Under the pieces are notes generated by a model, which was not told where the DNA came from, searched no databases, and saw only the letters and a program-made list of their open reading frames with translations. From contig CAVOVB010000003.1 in the NCBI GenBank assembly GCA_963699755.1, positions 731,726 through 795,725 on the forward strand: 64,000 bases of DNA. Direction: 5' to 3'. The stretch's first letter is position 1. Every line of letters starts with the position of its first letter. The stretch comes from an uncultured delta proteobacterium. GTDB taxonomy: Bacteria; Myxococcota_A; Polyangia; Polyangiales; Houyiibacteriaceae. Below are positions 19,640 through 29,020 of the stretch, piece by piece. The position numbers and the translations under genes are program-made.

Positions 19640-20120
19640 CGTCCGCAAGCTTTCGATCGAACACCGCCATCTCGATAGCAGTCAGCGCGGCGTCGCGACC
19701 CTTGTTGCCGTGGGTGCCACCAGCGCGGTCAAACGCCTGGGCGTCGTCGTCGGTCGTGAGCACTCCGAAGACCACCGGAACCTCGGTGTCCAGGCTGACA
19801 CGTCCCAGGCCAAGAGCGGTCCCTTCCGAGACGTAGTCGAAGTGCGGAGTGCCCCCGCGAATGACTGCGCCGAGTGCGACTACGGCATCGAAACGCTTGC
19901 TCTTCGCGAGCTGTTGTGCGGCGTACGGCAGCTCCCATGCGCCGGGCACCTCCACGACGTAGACCGATTCGTCCGGCACGCCGTGCTCGGAAAAACACTC
20001 CTTGGCTCCCTCGAGGAGCTTGCCCACTACCGGATGGTTGAAGCGGGACCAGACGATTGCAAAGCGCGCGTCAGCCGGTGCCGCGACCTCGATCAGTGGC
20101 TGATTGTGGTCGTCACTCAT
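19614..20120 (-). CDS. ribH: Lumazine synthase
   Basis: SRFN, VPGAWELP, GAVIRGGTPHFDYV and GNKG motifs. Confidence 0.96.
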   Translation of the reverse strand: MSDDHNQPLIEVAAPADARFAIVWSRFNHPVVGKLLEGAKECFSEHGVPDESVYVVEVPGAWELPYAAQQLAKSKRFDAVVALGAVIRGGTPHFDYVSEGTALGLGRVSLDTEVPVVFGVLTTDDDAQAFDRAGGTHGNKGRDAALTAIEMAVFDRKLADDGITTKRP

Positions 20121-21274
20121 TTGGAATCTTGCGCTGTATGCAAAGGTGCCGGAGTGAGCTCACCGCCAGGCGCGACAAGGAGTTGTTCGCCCACGTTGAG
20201 CCCATACGCGTCGAGGCTCGGGATGCGCCGCGGTCGATTGGTGAGTAGCCGCAACTGTTGGAGCCCCAGGTCCGAAAGCACCTGCGCACCGAAACCGTAT
20301 TCGCGGAGCACCAAACCAGGCTCCTCCGGCGATCGCGGGAGCGGCTCGTCTAGGTAGAAGGCGAGATCGGTTTCGGGATCGGGATGCCCGGGCAAGAAAA
20401 GGATCACGCCGTTGCCGTTGCGTTCGATCGCGGCCACACAGTCGGCGATGTGGACGCGTGCACCCATGCGCACCTGAAAGGCGTCCCCGAGCACGCTCCC
20501 TCGATGCACACGCACCAGCGTTGGGGCCGACGTGAGCTCACCGAGGCTCAGGGCCATGAACTGCTCCTCGCCGCCGACCTGGACCTGGTACACCGAAGCG
20601 GTCCAGGTACGGCCCGTTGGCATTTCGACCGGCGTCTGCCGGATTCTGGTGACCAGGCGTTCGCGCGCGAGGCGGTATTGGATCAGGTCCGCGATGGTGA
20701 GCATGCGCAGCTCGTGCTGTTCGGCGAAGGCGACGAGGTCCGCGTAGCGAGCCATCGTGCCGTCGTCTTTCATGATCTCGCAGATGACGCTGGCTGGTTT
20801 CAATCCCGCGAGTCGTGAGAGATCGACGGAACCCTCGGTGTGGCCGGTACGCTGAAGGACGCCACCCGCGACCGCCTTGAGCGGGAACACGTGCCCCGGA
20901 CTCACCAAGTCGGCCGGCCCCGCTTCATCTGCCACCGCGGTCAGAATCGTATGCGCTCGGTCGCCGGCGCTGATTCCCGTCGTAACACCCTTGCGGGCCT
21001 CGATCGAGATCGTGAACGCCGTAGAACGCGACGAGCGGTTGTCGTCGACCATCATCGGAAGATCGAGCTGGCGGATCCGGTCCTCGGTCAAGCTGAGACA
21101 AATCAGCCCGCGCGCGTGTCGTGCCATGAAATTGATGCTTTCAGCGCTTGCCATTTCGGCAGCCATGCACACGTCGCCTTCGTTTTCGCGGTCCTCGTCG
21201 TCGACAAGGATGACCATTTTGCCTCCGCGGATGTCATCCAATGCCGCGACGACCCGCTCGATCGCGCTCGTCAT
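20117..21274 (-). CDS. ribB: DHBP synthase fused to a degenerate GTP cyclohydrolase II domain (RibBX-like)
   Basis: [18 protein letters not shown] and GHTEG motifs; the C-terminal domain lacks the Zn-binding cysteines. Confidence 0.9.
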   Translation of the reverse strand: MTSAIERVVAALDDIRGGKMVILVDDEDRENEGDVCMAAEMASAESINFMARHARGLICLSLTEDRIRQLDLPMMVDDNRSSRSTAFTISIEARKGVTTGISAGDRAHTILTAVADEAGPADLVSPGHVFPLKAVAGGVLQRTGHTEGSVDLSRLAGLKPASVICEIMKDDGTMARYADLVAFAEQHELRMLTIADLIQYRLARERLVTRIRQTPVEMPTGRTWTASVYQVQVGGEEQFMALSLGELTSAPTLVRVHRGSVLGDAFQVRMGARVHIADCVAAIERNGNGVILFLPGHPDPETDLAFYLDEPLPRSPEEPGLVLREYGFGAQVLSDLGLQQLRLLTNRPRRIPSLDAYGLNVGEQLLVAPGGELTPAPLHTAQDSK

Positions 21275-21330
21275 ATGGCCGCCACCATGACGCGAAAGAG
21301 GCCGCCTATCCAGCGGACCGCTGCAAATGC

Positions 21331-21936
21331 TCAGCCTTCGGGGGCGTCCACGCCGGGCTTGCCCATCAGGCTCGCCACGTACTTGGCGAGAATGTCTACC
21401 TCGAGGTTGACCTCGGTGCCGGTGGCCATCTCTGCGAAGGTGGTCTCGTCGAGGGTATACGGCACCAGCATCACGTCAAAACGGCTACCTGCGACCGTGT
21501 TCACGGTCAGGCTGACGCCATTTACGGCAATCGAGCCCTTGGGCGCCAAGAACGGGGCGAGCCGCGCGGGAACTTCGAAGCTCGCGCGAACGTACTCCCC
21601 TTCGCGAGCCCTCGAGACCAGCGCCCCCACACCATCGACGTGCCCCGTGACCAGATGGCCGCCCAAACGATCTCCGAGCGCGAGCGCGCGCTCGAGGTGA
21701 ACCTTCGCGCCTTCCTCGAGGTTTCCGAGGTTGGTCTTGTCGATGGTTTCGAGCGATGCGTCGGCCTCGAACTGTCGCTCGTCGAATGACTTCACGGTCA
21801 AACACGTTCCGTCTACGGCGATCGATTCGCCGAGACGGTACGGGTGCATCGCGCAGGCGATGCGAATCCTGAGCCCATCCTCGCGTCGCTCCAGCTGCTC
21901 GACGGTCCCTAGCTGTTCTATCAAACCAGTGAACAT
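21331..21936 (-). CDS. ribE: Riboflavin synthase
   Basis: MFTGLIE, GGHLVTGHVDG and KGSIAVNGVSLTVN motifs. Confidence 0.96.
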   Translation of the reverse strand: MFTGLIEQLGTVEQLERREDGLRIRIACAMHPYRLGESIAVDGTCLTVKSFDERQFEADASLETIDKTNLGNLEEGAKVHLERALALGDRLGGHLVTGHVDGVGALVSRAREGEYVRASFEVPARLAPFLAPKGSIAVNGVSLTVNTVAGSRFDVMLVPYTLDETTFAEMATGTEVNLEVDILAKYVASLMGKPGVDAPEG

Positions 21937-23040
21937 TTACTCCATCCTCTCGAAGTCGCCGGAGAACAACCAGTCGGACCCCAGCGCTTGAACCTTCGTG
22001 TGCACCAGGCGCAAGGCGCTTTCGATGGACTCGGAACCCGCGCCCGCCGCAAACGAGAGCGCGTCGGCATCCCCTAAGATGCGAGGTGCAACGAAAATCG
22101 CTGCGCGGTCAGCCAGGCCCAGGTCGAGGAATGTCCCGTGGACGTGTGCGCCGCCCTCGACGAGGAGTCGCACCACACCCCGCTCGCCAAGGCGCTCCAA
22201 CGCTTCCCGAAGGTCGACCCCTCTCGGGTGCCGGGACACGGGGATGAGCTCGACGCCCTGCCCCATCAGACCCTCGCGACGCGAAGAGTCGGCGTCGCTC
22301 GCATGAAAGATCAGCGTGCCCGCGTTCGAGCGACGGCGAAGGTCGAGCACCGCAGCATCGGGGGGCGTTCTCAGGTCGGCGTCGAGAACGACACGCACAG
22401 GGTCTATTCCTTCGACGTGCCGAACCGTGAGCTTCGGGTCGTCGCGCAGGACGGTACCTACGCCGACCAAAATCGCGTCGCTGCGATCGCGCATCCGGTG
22501 GGCCTCGGTCCGCGCTTGCTGCCCGGTGATCCATTTCGAATCGCCGGTACGCGTCGCGATCTTGCCGTCCAGTGTCACGGCGGCTTTGAGCGTGACGAAC
22601 GGGAGGCCGGTCTGGATGTGCTTGGCGAAGTCGGCGACCAGGCTTGCACACTCGCGTTCCATTAAGCCGACCTCGACCTCGACGCCCGCGGCCCGTAGGC
22701 GCTCGACTGCGCCCGCGACGTGCGGCGCCGGGTCGCGGCAACCGATGACAACTCGGGTGATCCCTGCGTCGAGAATCGCCTCGGTGCATGGGCCGGTTCG
22801 GCCTTGGTGGTTGCAGGGTTCCAGAGTCACGAACAGCGTTGCGCCCTCGAGCGACCCTGCTGCGTGCCGAATCGCATCGACCTCCGCATGCGCCTCGCCG
22901 GCTTTCTCGTGGTGCCCGACGGAGAGGACCTCTTGATCACGGACGATCGCGGCGCCTACGTGCGGGTTCGGGCTCGGACGACCGCGCTTGGCTTCTGCGA
23001 GCGCTCGCTCCATCACCCCGCGTTCGAACTCCGACCACAT
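21937..23040 (-). CDS. ribD: Riboflavin deaminase/reductase
   Basis: PNPHVGA, HAE, TLEPCNH...PC and LLVEGG motifs; start at MWSEFER (23040). Confidence 0.95.
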   Translation of the reverse strand: MWSEFERGVMERALAEAKRGRPSPNPHVGAAIVRDQEVLSVGHHEKAGEAHAEVDAIRHAAGSLEGATLFVTLEPCNHQGRTGPCTEAILDAGITRVVIGCRDPAPHVAGAVERLRAAGVEVEVGLMERECASLVADFAKHIQTGLPFVTLKAAVTLDGKIATRTGDSKWITGQQARTEAHRMRDRSDAILVGVGTVLRDDPKLTVRHVEGIDPVRVVLDADLRTPPDAAVLDLRRRSNAGTLIFHASDADSSRREGLMGQGVELIPVSRHPRGVDLREALERLGERGVVRLLVEGGAHVHGTFLDLGLADRAAIFVAPRILGDADALSFAAGAGSESIESALRLVHTKVQALGSDWLFSGDFERME

Positions 23041-23041
23041 G

Positions 23042-23491
23042 TCAGTCCTTGAGTTTCGCGAGCACATCGACGAATTCATCGATGCCCTGGAAGTCCCGGT
23101 AGACGCTTGCAAATCGTACATAGGCAACCGGGTCCAGGGCTCGAAGCTCGTGCAAGACATGCTCTCCGAGCAGCGCGGAGGGAACCTCCTGCTCCCCCGT
23201 GTCGACGAGCCAGCGTTCGACGTGGTGCAGGAAACGCTCCAGCGCTTCGGCCGAGACCGGTCGCTTGACGCAGGCGCGCCGTAGCCCCGCGAGGAGCTTT
23301 GCGCGGTCATAAGGTTGGCGGCGGCCGTCGTTCTTGATGATGAGAGGCAGTGTTTGCTCCACCCGTTCGTAGGTGGTGTACCGCCTACCGCAATGCTCGC
23401 ACTCCCGCCGGCGCCGTGTGACCTCTCCCGCCTGCGAGAGGCGAGAATCGATCACACGGTTTTCCAAAGTTCCGCAGTAGGGGCAGCGCAT
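23042..23491 (-). CDS. nrdR: Transcriptional repressor NrdR
   Basis: MRCPYC...RRRRECEHC..RYTTYE, ATP cone, and VAYVRFASVY. Confidence 0.96.
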   Translation of the reverse strand: MRCPYCGTLENRVIDSRLSQAGEVTRRRRECEHCGRRYTTYERVEQTLPLIIKNDGRRQPYDRAKLLAGLRRACVKRPVSAEALERFLHHVERWLVDTGEQEVPSALLGEHVLHELRALDPVAYVRFASVYRDFQGIDEFVDVLAKLKD

Positions 23492-23545
23492 ATGCGCGCA
23501 GAAGCTAGCGCCGGCTTCGTGCCGGAGCAATGCAGCGGCTCGCCC

Positions 23546-24802
23546 TCAATCGCAGACCAAACGAACGAGCGACTCGAGATGGGCGGTTTGCGGAAACATG
23601 TCGAAACCGATCAGATGGTCGATGTGGTAGCCTTTCTTCGTGGCGAGACGAAGATCGCGCGCCAGGGTAGCCGTGTCGCAGGAGACGTAGACAAGTCGTT
23701 TTGGACCGGGCAATAGGAGATCGTGCTCGAACAGCGCCCTGGCTCCTTGCCTTGGCGGATCGAGAACGACGACGTCGTAACGCCCCTTTGGCGGTTGGTT
23801 CGCATCGCCGACGGTGACCCGCGCCTTGAGTCCCAGGCGCTTGAGGTTGTGCTGGCACGCTTGCGCGGCGCGCGCATCCTGTTCGACGGCGACCAAGGCC
23901 CTGGCCTGCGCTGCGAGCGCCACGGTGAAATTCCCGATTCCGCAATGGAGCTCGAGGATGCGCATCCCTTCGGGCTCCGCGAGGCGGGACACGGCCTCGA
24001 CTAGCATGCCGTTGACCCGGTCATTGGCTTGCGAAAACGTGCCGCCCGGCCCTTCGAGGAAGCCGAGCTCTCCGGCCTGAATCACGACGCGCGTTTCCCC
24101 CCAGCTCGCTGGATGCTCGTCTCCGCCGGTACGCAGCGTGACGCCAGCGACGACTCGACGCTTCGATAGCGCTTCACAAGCTTCGAAGAGCTCGGGCGAT
24201 TGCGCGTCCGTAGCGTCGAGGGCGACCACGACGCGGTCGGCACTCGTGAGTTGAAGCTGAATCTCTCCCGCGCGCTGTAGCGACGAAGCCAGGCAGGTGC
24301 GGAGCTCGTTCCATGCCTCTCGCAGGGGCTCCGCGAGCACGATGCACTCTGCGATGTCGATCACGCGATTCGAATGAAGCTGACGGTAACCAATCGTGCT
24401 CCAATGCCAGGCGAGCCGAGCCCGCCTTCGGTAGCCAAGCTCCGCGGGCGAAGCGACCCATTCGATTGTTGCGTCGTCAGCGCCGGGCAGTCCCCGGCAT
24501 GCGTCCCGAAGAAAGCCCTGTTTGATCTCGCGTTGCAACGCGGGGCTCGCGATCATCAGGGGACAGCCGCCGCAGCGAGCCGCGTCGCGGCAATCGGGTT
24601 TGCGTCGTCCGGCTGCGGGGCGAAGCACGCGCGTCAGGCGGCCCCGTGCCGCCCCTCGCTTGGACGAAGTGGCGTCGATCTCCACTCGCTCGCCGGGCAA
24701 GGCTCCCGGCACCAGCACGACGCCGTTGGAGGTCTCGACAACGGCGTCGCCCCCACGGCCCACCGCGCGAACCTCGCCTTGTAGAGAGCGCTTGGAAGGC
24801 AT
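23546..24802 (-). CDS. RNA m5U methyltransferase (RlmD/TrmA family)
   Basis: TRAM-like N-terminus, C...CGGC, FSQAN, VLDPPRQG, YVSCD and DMFPQTAHLE motifs. Confidence 0.9.
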   Translation of the reverse strand: MPSKRSLQGEVRAVGRGGDAVVETSNGVVLVPGALPGERVEIDATSSKRGAARGRLTRVLRPAAGRRKPDCRDAARCGGCPLMIASPALQREIKQGFLRDACRGLPGADDATIEWVASPAELGYRRRARLAWHWSTIGYRQLHSNRVIDIAECIVLAEPLREAWNELRTCLASSLQRAGEIQLQLTSADRVVVALDATDAQSPELFEACEALSKRRVVAGVTLRTGGDEHPASWGETRVVIQAGELGFLEGPGGTFSQANDRVNGMLVEAVSRLAEPEGMRILELHCGIGNFTVALAAQARALVAVEQDARAAQACQHNLKRLGLKARVTVGDANQPPKGRYDVVVLDPPRQGARALFEHDLLLPGPKRLVYVSCDTATLARDLRLATKKGYHIDHLIGFDMFPQTAHLESLVRLVCD

Positions 24803-24807
24803 CGGAA

Positions 24808-25413
24808 TCAGAAGAATTGCAAGGGCCTTCCAGCCTCGAAGAGGAAGCTGAAATCTCCATCGAGCACGGCCCTGCGCTCTTCTGGATCGTCGTGGTCGAC
24901 CAGCTCGACGTTTGTGAAGACAGCTACCGTTTCCTTCGTGTCGTTGTCCAACCAGGGGACGTACAGCTCCTCGAATCGGATCGTGCCGGAAACCGCGGCG
25001 TAGTAAACTGGGATGCGCGCGATCCCAGGACAGGTCGCATTGAGATAGAGTGTCATCTCGACCGGTGGCTCGAGACCGCCGAACTCGATTTCAGCGCCCA
25101 GCATCGTTTCTTTGAGCGTCTGCGGATCGCGGATGAAGATCGCGATTCCGTCGCTGAAGCTTCCGAGGTCGCTGCCGCGCTGCACGATGATGTCGATGAT
25201 CTCGACCGCGGTGCTCGGCTGCATCGCGAAGAAGTCCGGGTTTAGCGAGAACGGCTGTCCGTCGAGCCCGCAGTCGGGCGCCCAGACTTGGCCGACAGCG
25301 CTCCCCTCGCCACTGCCCTTCGCGCAGCCCGTCGTGAGCGGGCCCAAAGAGGCCGGAAGGATCAAGAGGCCGAGCGGGACCCACGCCCTGAGCTCACGCA
25401 ATGAAACCACCAC
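24808..25413 (-). CDS. Hypothetical lipoprotein
   Basis: Signal peptide ending TTGC; overlaps the flanking operon gene. Confidence 0.65.
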   Translation of the reverse strand: MVVSLRELRAWVPLGLLILPASLGPLTTGCAKGSGEGSAVGQVWAPDCGLDGQPFSLNPDFFAMQPSTAVEIIDIIVQRGSDLGSFSDGIAIFIRDPQTLKETMLGAEIEFGGLEPPVEMTLYLNATCPGIARIPVYYAAVSGTIRFEELYVPWLDNDTKETVAVFTNVELVDHDDPEERRAVLDGDFSFLFEAGRPLQFF

Positions 25414-26455
25414 CGATCACCTCGTCGCCAACGTATACCACCGCCGCTTGGCCTGGTGTAATCGCGCGCTGGGGCTCCTCGAAACGCACTTCGAAGCCGT
25501 CGGCGTTTGGCATCACGTCCGCGAGCGCGCCGCGGTGGCGATACCGAATGCGAACCTCCCCTTGGAAAGTCTCCGCCGGACGGCCAGCCACCCAGTGGGC
25601 GTCGATTGCCCTGAGCTCCCTTTCATAGAGCTGCGACTCGTCACCAACCACCACCTCGGCCGTATCGGGCACGATCCGAAGAACGTAGCGCGCGCCCCCA
25701 CCTCCGAGGCCCAGGCCTCGACGTTGCCCACGCGTGAAGTTCGCCATGCCGTCATGACGGCCGAGCACCGCTCCTTCGGAATCGACGATTGCTCCCGACT
25801 TGGCTGAGCTTCCTTCCCGTTGGAGGAAGTCGCCGACGCGCCCGTCAGGCACGAAACAAAGCTCCTGTGACTCGGGCTTGTCCGCGTTCGGAACCCCGAG
25901 GCGCCTGCCCGCTTCGCGCACCTTCGATTTGCGGAGCTCCCCGAGCGGAAAGAGCAGTCGCTCGAGGGTCGACTGGGGCAGACCGAAGAGGAAATAGCTC
26001 TGATCCTTGCCGTCATCGCGGCCTCGCAAGAGACGAAGCTGACCGTCGGCCGCCCGCAGCAGGCGCGCGTAGTGCCCGGTTGCGATGTGCGTGGCGTCGA
26101 AGCGGCGGGCGACCTCCGCAAGATAGGTCAGCTTCACCGTCCGGTTGCAGCTCACGCAGGGGATCGGCGTGCGTCCCGCCTGGTACTCGCTGACAAAGGG
26201 GTGAACGACGTGCTTGCGAAACGCGTCGCGCTCATCGAGAACGTAGTGCGGGATCCCCAGATGTTCGCAGGTGCGACGCGCGTCGTCGCGGTCTTCGGGA
26301 GCACAGCACCGGCCAACCTGTTGCGCTCCGTCGGCGTCCCACAAATGCAGCGTGACGCCTACCAGCTCGTGCCCAGCTTCATGGAGGAGGGCAGCGGCGA
26401 CCGAGGAGTCCACCCCGCCGCTCATCGCGACCAGCACTCGCTTCACTTCAGACAT
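25394..26455 (-). CDS. mnmA: tRNA 2-thiouridylase
   Basis: SGGVDS, TPIPCVSCN, ATGHY, KDQSYFL, ESQELCF and TPGQ motifs. Confidence 0.96.
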   Translation of the reverse strand: MSEVKRVLVAMSGGVDSSVAAALLHEAGHELVGVTLHLWDADGAQQVGRCCAPEDRDDARRTCEHLGIPHYVLDERDAFRKHVVHPFVSEYQAGRTPIPCVSCNRTVKLTYLAEVARRFDATHIATGHYARLLRAADGQLRLLRGRDDGKDQSYFLFGLPQSTLERLLFPLGELRKSKVREAGRRLGVPNADKPESQELCFVPDGRVGDFLQREGSSAKSGAIVDSEGAVLGRHDGMANFTRGQRRGLGLGGGGARYVLRIVPDTAEVVVGDESQLYERELRAIDAHWVAGRPAETFQGEVRIRYRHRGALADVMPNADGFEVRFEEPQRAITPGQAAVVYVGDEVIGGGFIA

Positions 26456-26630
26456 CGAAATTGCACACTGAACAAATCAACCGTGGGTTGTTACACTTAA
26501 TGGAAACCGCCGTAATTCAAAATACAACCCCATAAATTACATTTATTTCAATCATTTACATGCAAAAACGTGAATTCGGGTGAAATCAGTATCCCGGGGG
26601 CTCAACTTTGCTTGAGGTTCTTGCAGCGGT

Positions 26631-27740
26631 CTAGCTGGGTGCTCGGGTCAGAACTCGCTCAAACGCCGCAGAAGCCAAGTCGATATCTTCTTCGCTGGTT
26701 TCGATACCTAAACTGATTCGAACCGCCGAGCCAGCCCGCCACTGCTCATCCGGATACATCGCGCGAATCACCTCAGATGGCGCCAGCAAGCCCGATGAGC
26801 AAGCGGCGCCGGTTGAAAGGCAGACGCCTTCGAGGTCGAGCGCCGCGGCTAGGAGTGGCCCCTTCCAGCGGCGGAAGCTGACGTTGGATACGGTGCCGGT
26901 TCGGGGGGCACAGCCATTGACGAGGCCTCCGAGCTCGATGAGGCGCGCCTCGATCAGGTCGCGGAGCTCGGTCACCGCTGCCTGCCTCGTCAGGCGAGCC
27001 TCGGTGAGACCACAGGCTGCCCCGAAACCGACCATGCTCGAGGTGTCGAGCGTTCCGGGTCGGCGCCCCCGTTCCTGTGAGCCGCCGTCGAACAGCGGGT
27101 CGATGTCGAGGCCACGACGAACCCAGCAGGCGCCGGCCCCTGCGGGCCCGCCGATTTTCTGTGCTGCGAAGGCCGCCGCATCCGGTCGGAGCACGCTGAT
27201 GTCGATCGGCAGCTTACCGAGCGCCTGGGTCGCGTCGACGAACAAGCGTGCCTGATGTTCGCGGCAGGCTTCAGCGTATCGCTCGATCGGAAAGATGGTG
27301 CCGGTTTCGTGATTCACCCACTGAATGGCGACGAGCGTGCCTGGGCCCAGGTGCGTTGCCAGCTCTTCGGGGCTCGGCGGTCGCCCTCGGCGTACGCCCA
27401 GCCTGACGATTTCGCGACCTTCCCGCTCGAGCCGACGCACACTTTCGGCCACCGCCGGGTGCTCGACTTCGCTGGTTACGACGCGAGTGCAGCCCGTGGC
27501 TAAGCCGCGGATTCCGAGGTTGCAGGCTTCAGTGCCACCGCCGGTTAGCACGAGGTCTGCTGCCGCGGCGCCGATCGACTGGGCAACGCTCTGTCGCGCA
27601 AGCTCGAGTAGTCGACGCGAGGCTCGGCCAGCGGTGTGTGTGCTCGATGGGTTGGCCCAGGCGCCAACCGCAGCTTCTTCCATCGCCCGCCGAACCTCGT
27701 CGGGCATCGGCGTCGCCGCGTGGTGATCGAGGTAGATCAC
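26631..27740 (-). CDS. Cysteine desulfurase (IscS/NifS family)
   Basis: YLDHHAATP, EHPAV, NHETG, AQKIGGP and STGAACSSG motifs. Confidence 0.9.
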   Translation of the reverse strand: MIYLDHHAATPMPDEVRRAMEEAAVGAWANPSSTHTAGRASRRLLELARQSVAQSIGAAAADLVLTGGGTEACNLGIRGLATGCTRVVTSEVEHPAVAESVRRLEREGREIVRLGVRRGRPPSPEELATHLGPGTLVAIQWVNHETGTIFPIERYAEACREHQARLFVDATQALGKLPIDISVLRPDAAAFAAQKIGGPAGAGACWVRRGLDIDPLFDGGSQERGRRPGTLDTSSMVGFGAACGLTEARLTRQAAVTELRDLIEARLIELGGLVNGCAPRTGTVSNVSFRRWKGPLLAAALDLEGVCLSTGAACSSGLLAPSEVIRAMYPDEQWRAGSAVRISLGIETSEEDIDLASAAFERVLTRAPS

Positions 27741-28954
27741 TTCGACTGCATCTCGGGCCGTTCGGGCACGCGCCCGACCCGTAGCTCAACCAAGGTGCCT
27801 GAGAGCTGCCGCTCGGCCACCTCGCCGGCTGGCGGGCTCGAAATCTCGATACCGCCGCCAAGCGCCTCGGTCACTCGCCTCGCGAACGCCAGGCCCAAGC
27901 CAACCCCACCGTGATCGCGCGTCACCGATCCGTCGACTTGATAAAATGGCTCCAAGATCCGTGCGAGTTGCTCGGGACGAACCCCCGGACCGCTATCCGA
28001 AACGGCAAAGAGCAAGTAGTCGTCACCCTCGGGCCGAACCTCTACCGCGACCTCGCCGCCGGTCGGCGTGAACTTCGAAGCGTTGTCGAGCACGTGGGCC
28101 ATCGCGCGCAATAGCTTGTCGGGATCCCCCTGGGCAGGCATCGGCTCATTTGGAATGCGCTCGACGAGTGTGACGTCTCGCTCGACGAGCTTCGAGCGAA
28201 TCTGATCGAGCGCCTTGGTTGCGACTTCTCGAAAGTCATAGGGTCGCGTGTAGTAGTGCATACGCCCGGTTTCGAGCGAGCTGACATCGAGCAGAGTGTC
28301 GACGACTGAACGAAGTCGTTGCGTCGAGGTTTCGATCGAGCCCAGACACTTGCGCTGCAAGTCGGTTAGCGGCCCGAGCTCTTCGTTGAGCAGAAGGCGA
28401 AGGTAACCGACGACAGGTGTCATCGGCGTTGCAAGCTCGTGACTCACGTTCTGAAGAAACTCTCGGCGCAGCCGAGCAATGTCCTCTAGCCGTTGATTGG
28501 TTTCCGAGAGCTCGACGATCTTCTTTTCGAGACGCTCGACGATCTTCTGCGTGCGCTCGCGCAGCAATCGATCGCTCCCGTCGTCGGCCCACTCGCGATG
28601 CCCTTCGAGGAACTCGCCAATGGTTTCGGCGAAATGCGCAGCGGCGATTGGCTTGGCGATGAAGCCATCGCAGCCCACCGCCAGGGTCGAGGCCCGGTCG
28701 CCCTCGGCGGTGATCGCGACGATCGGCACATCCTGAAGCGCGGGCATCCCCCGGAGGCGCAGGGTCACTTCATACCCGTCGAGGTCCGGAATGTTGATGT
28801 CGACCAGAACGAGGTCTGGCACGGTTTCGCGCGCGAGCCGGATGCCCTCCACGCCCCCTCGGGCCTCAATTACTTCGTGCCCGGCCGCCCCGAGCAGCTT
28901 TTGCACGAGGCGCCGGTTGTTGGGATCGTCCTCGATGTGTAGGACTCGGGCCAT
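27737..28954 (-). CDS. Hybrid receiver-histidine kinase
   Basis: N-terminal REC domain (HIEDD, LVDINIP, KP); SHELATP; NASKFT; DSGPG; GVGLGL. Confidence 0.92.
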   Translation of the reverse strand: MARVLHIEDDPNNRRLVQKLLGAAGHEVIEARGGVEGIRLARETVPDLVLVDINIPDLDGYEVTLRLRGMPALQDVPIVAITAEGDRASTLAVGCDGFIAKPIAAAHFAETIGEFLEGHREWADDGSDRLLRERTQKIVERLEKKIVELSETNQRLEDIARLRREFLQNVSHELATPMTPVVGYLRLLLNEELGPLTDLQRKCLGSIETSTQRLRSVVDTLLDVSSLETGRMHYYTRPYDFREVATKALDQIRSKLVERDVTLVERIPNEPMPAQGDPDKLLRAMAHVLDNASKFTPTGGEVAVEVRPEGDDYLLFAVSDSGPGVRPEQLARILEPFYQVDGSVTRDHGGVGLGLAFARRVTEALGGGIEISSPPAGEVAERQLSGTLVELRVGRVPERPEMQSK

Positions 28955-29020
28955 TGAGGATCGATGCTAACAGCCTCCCGCACTTGCCGCACGCTGCCAG
29001 CCTGGCTAGGGATGGGGGGT

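Noticed and set aside
26456..26630. oriC or dif site
   Set aside because: I could not see a DnaA-box cluster or a XerC/D consensus.
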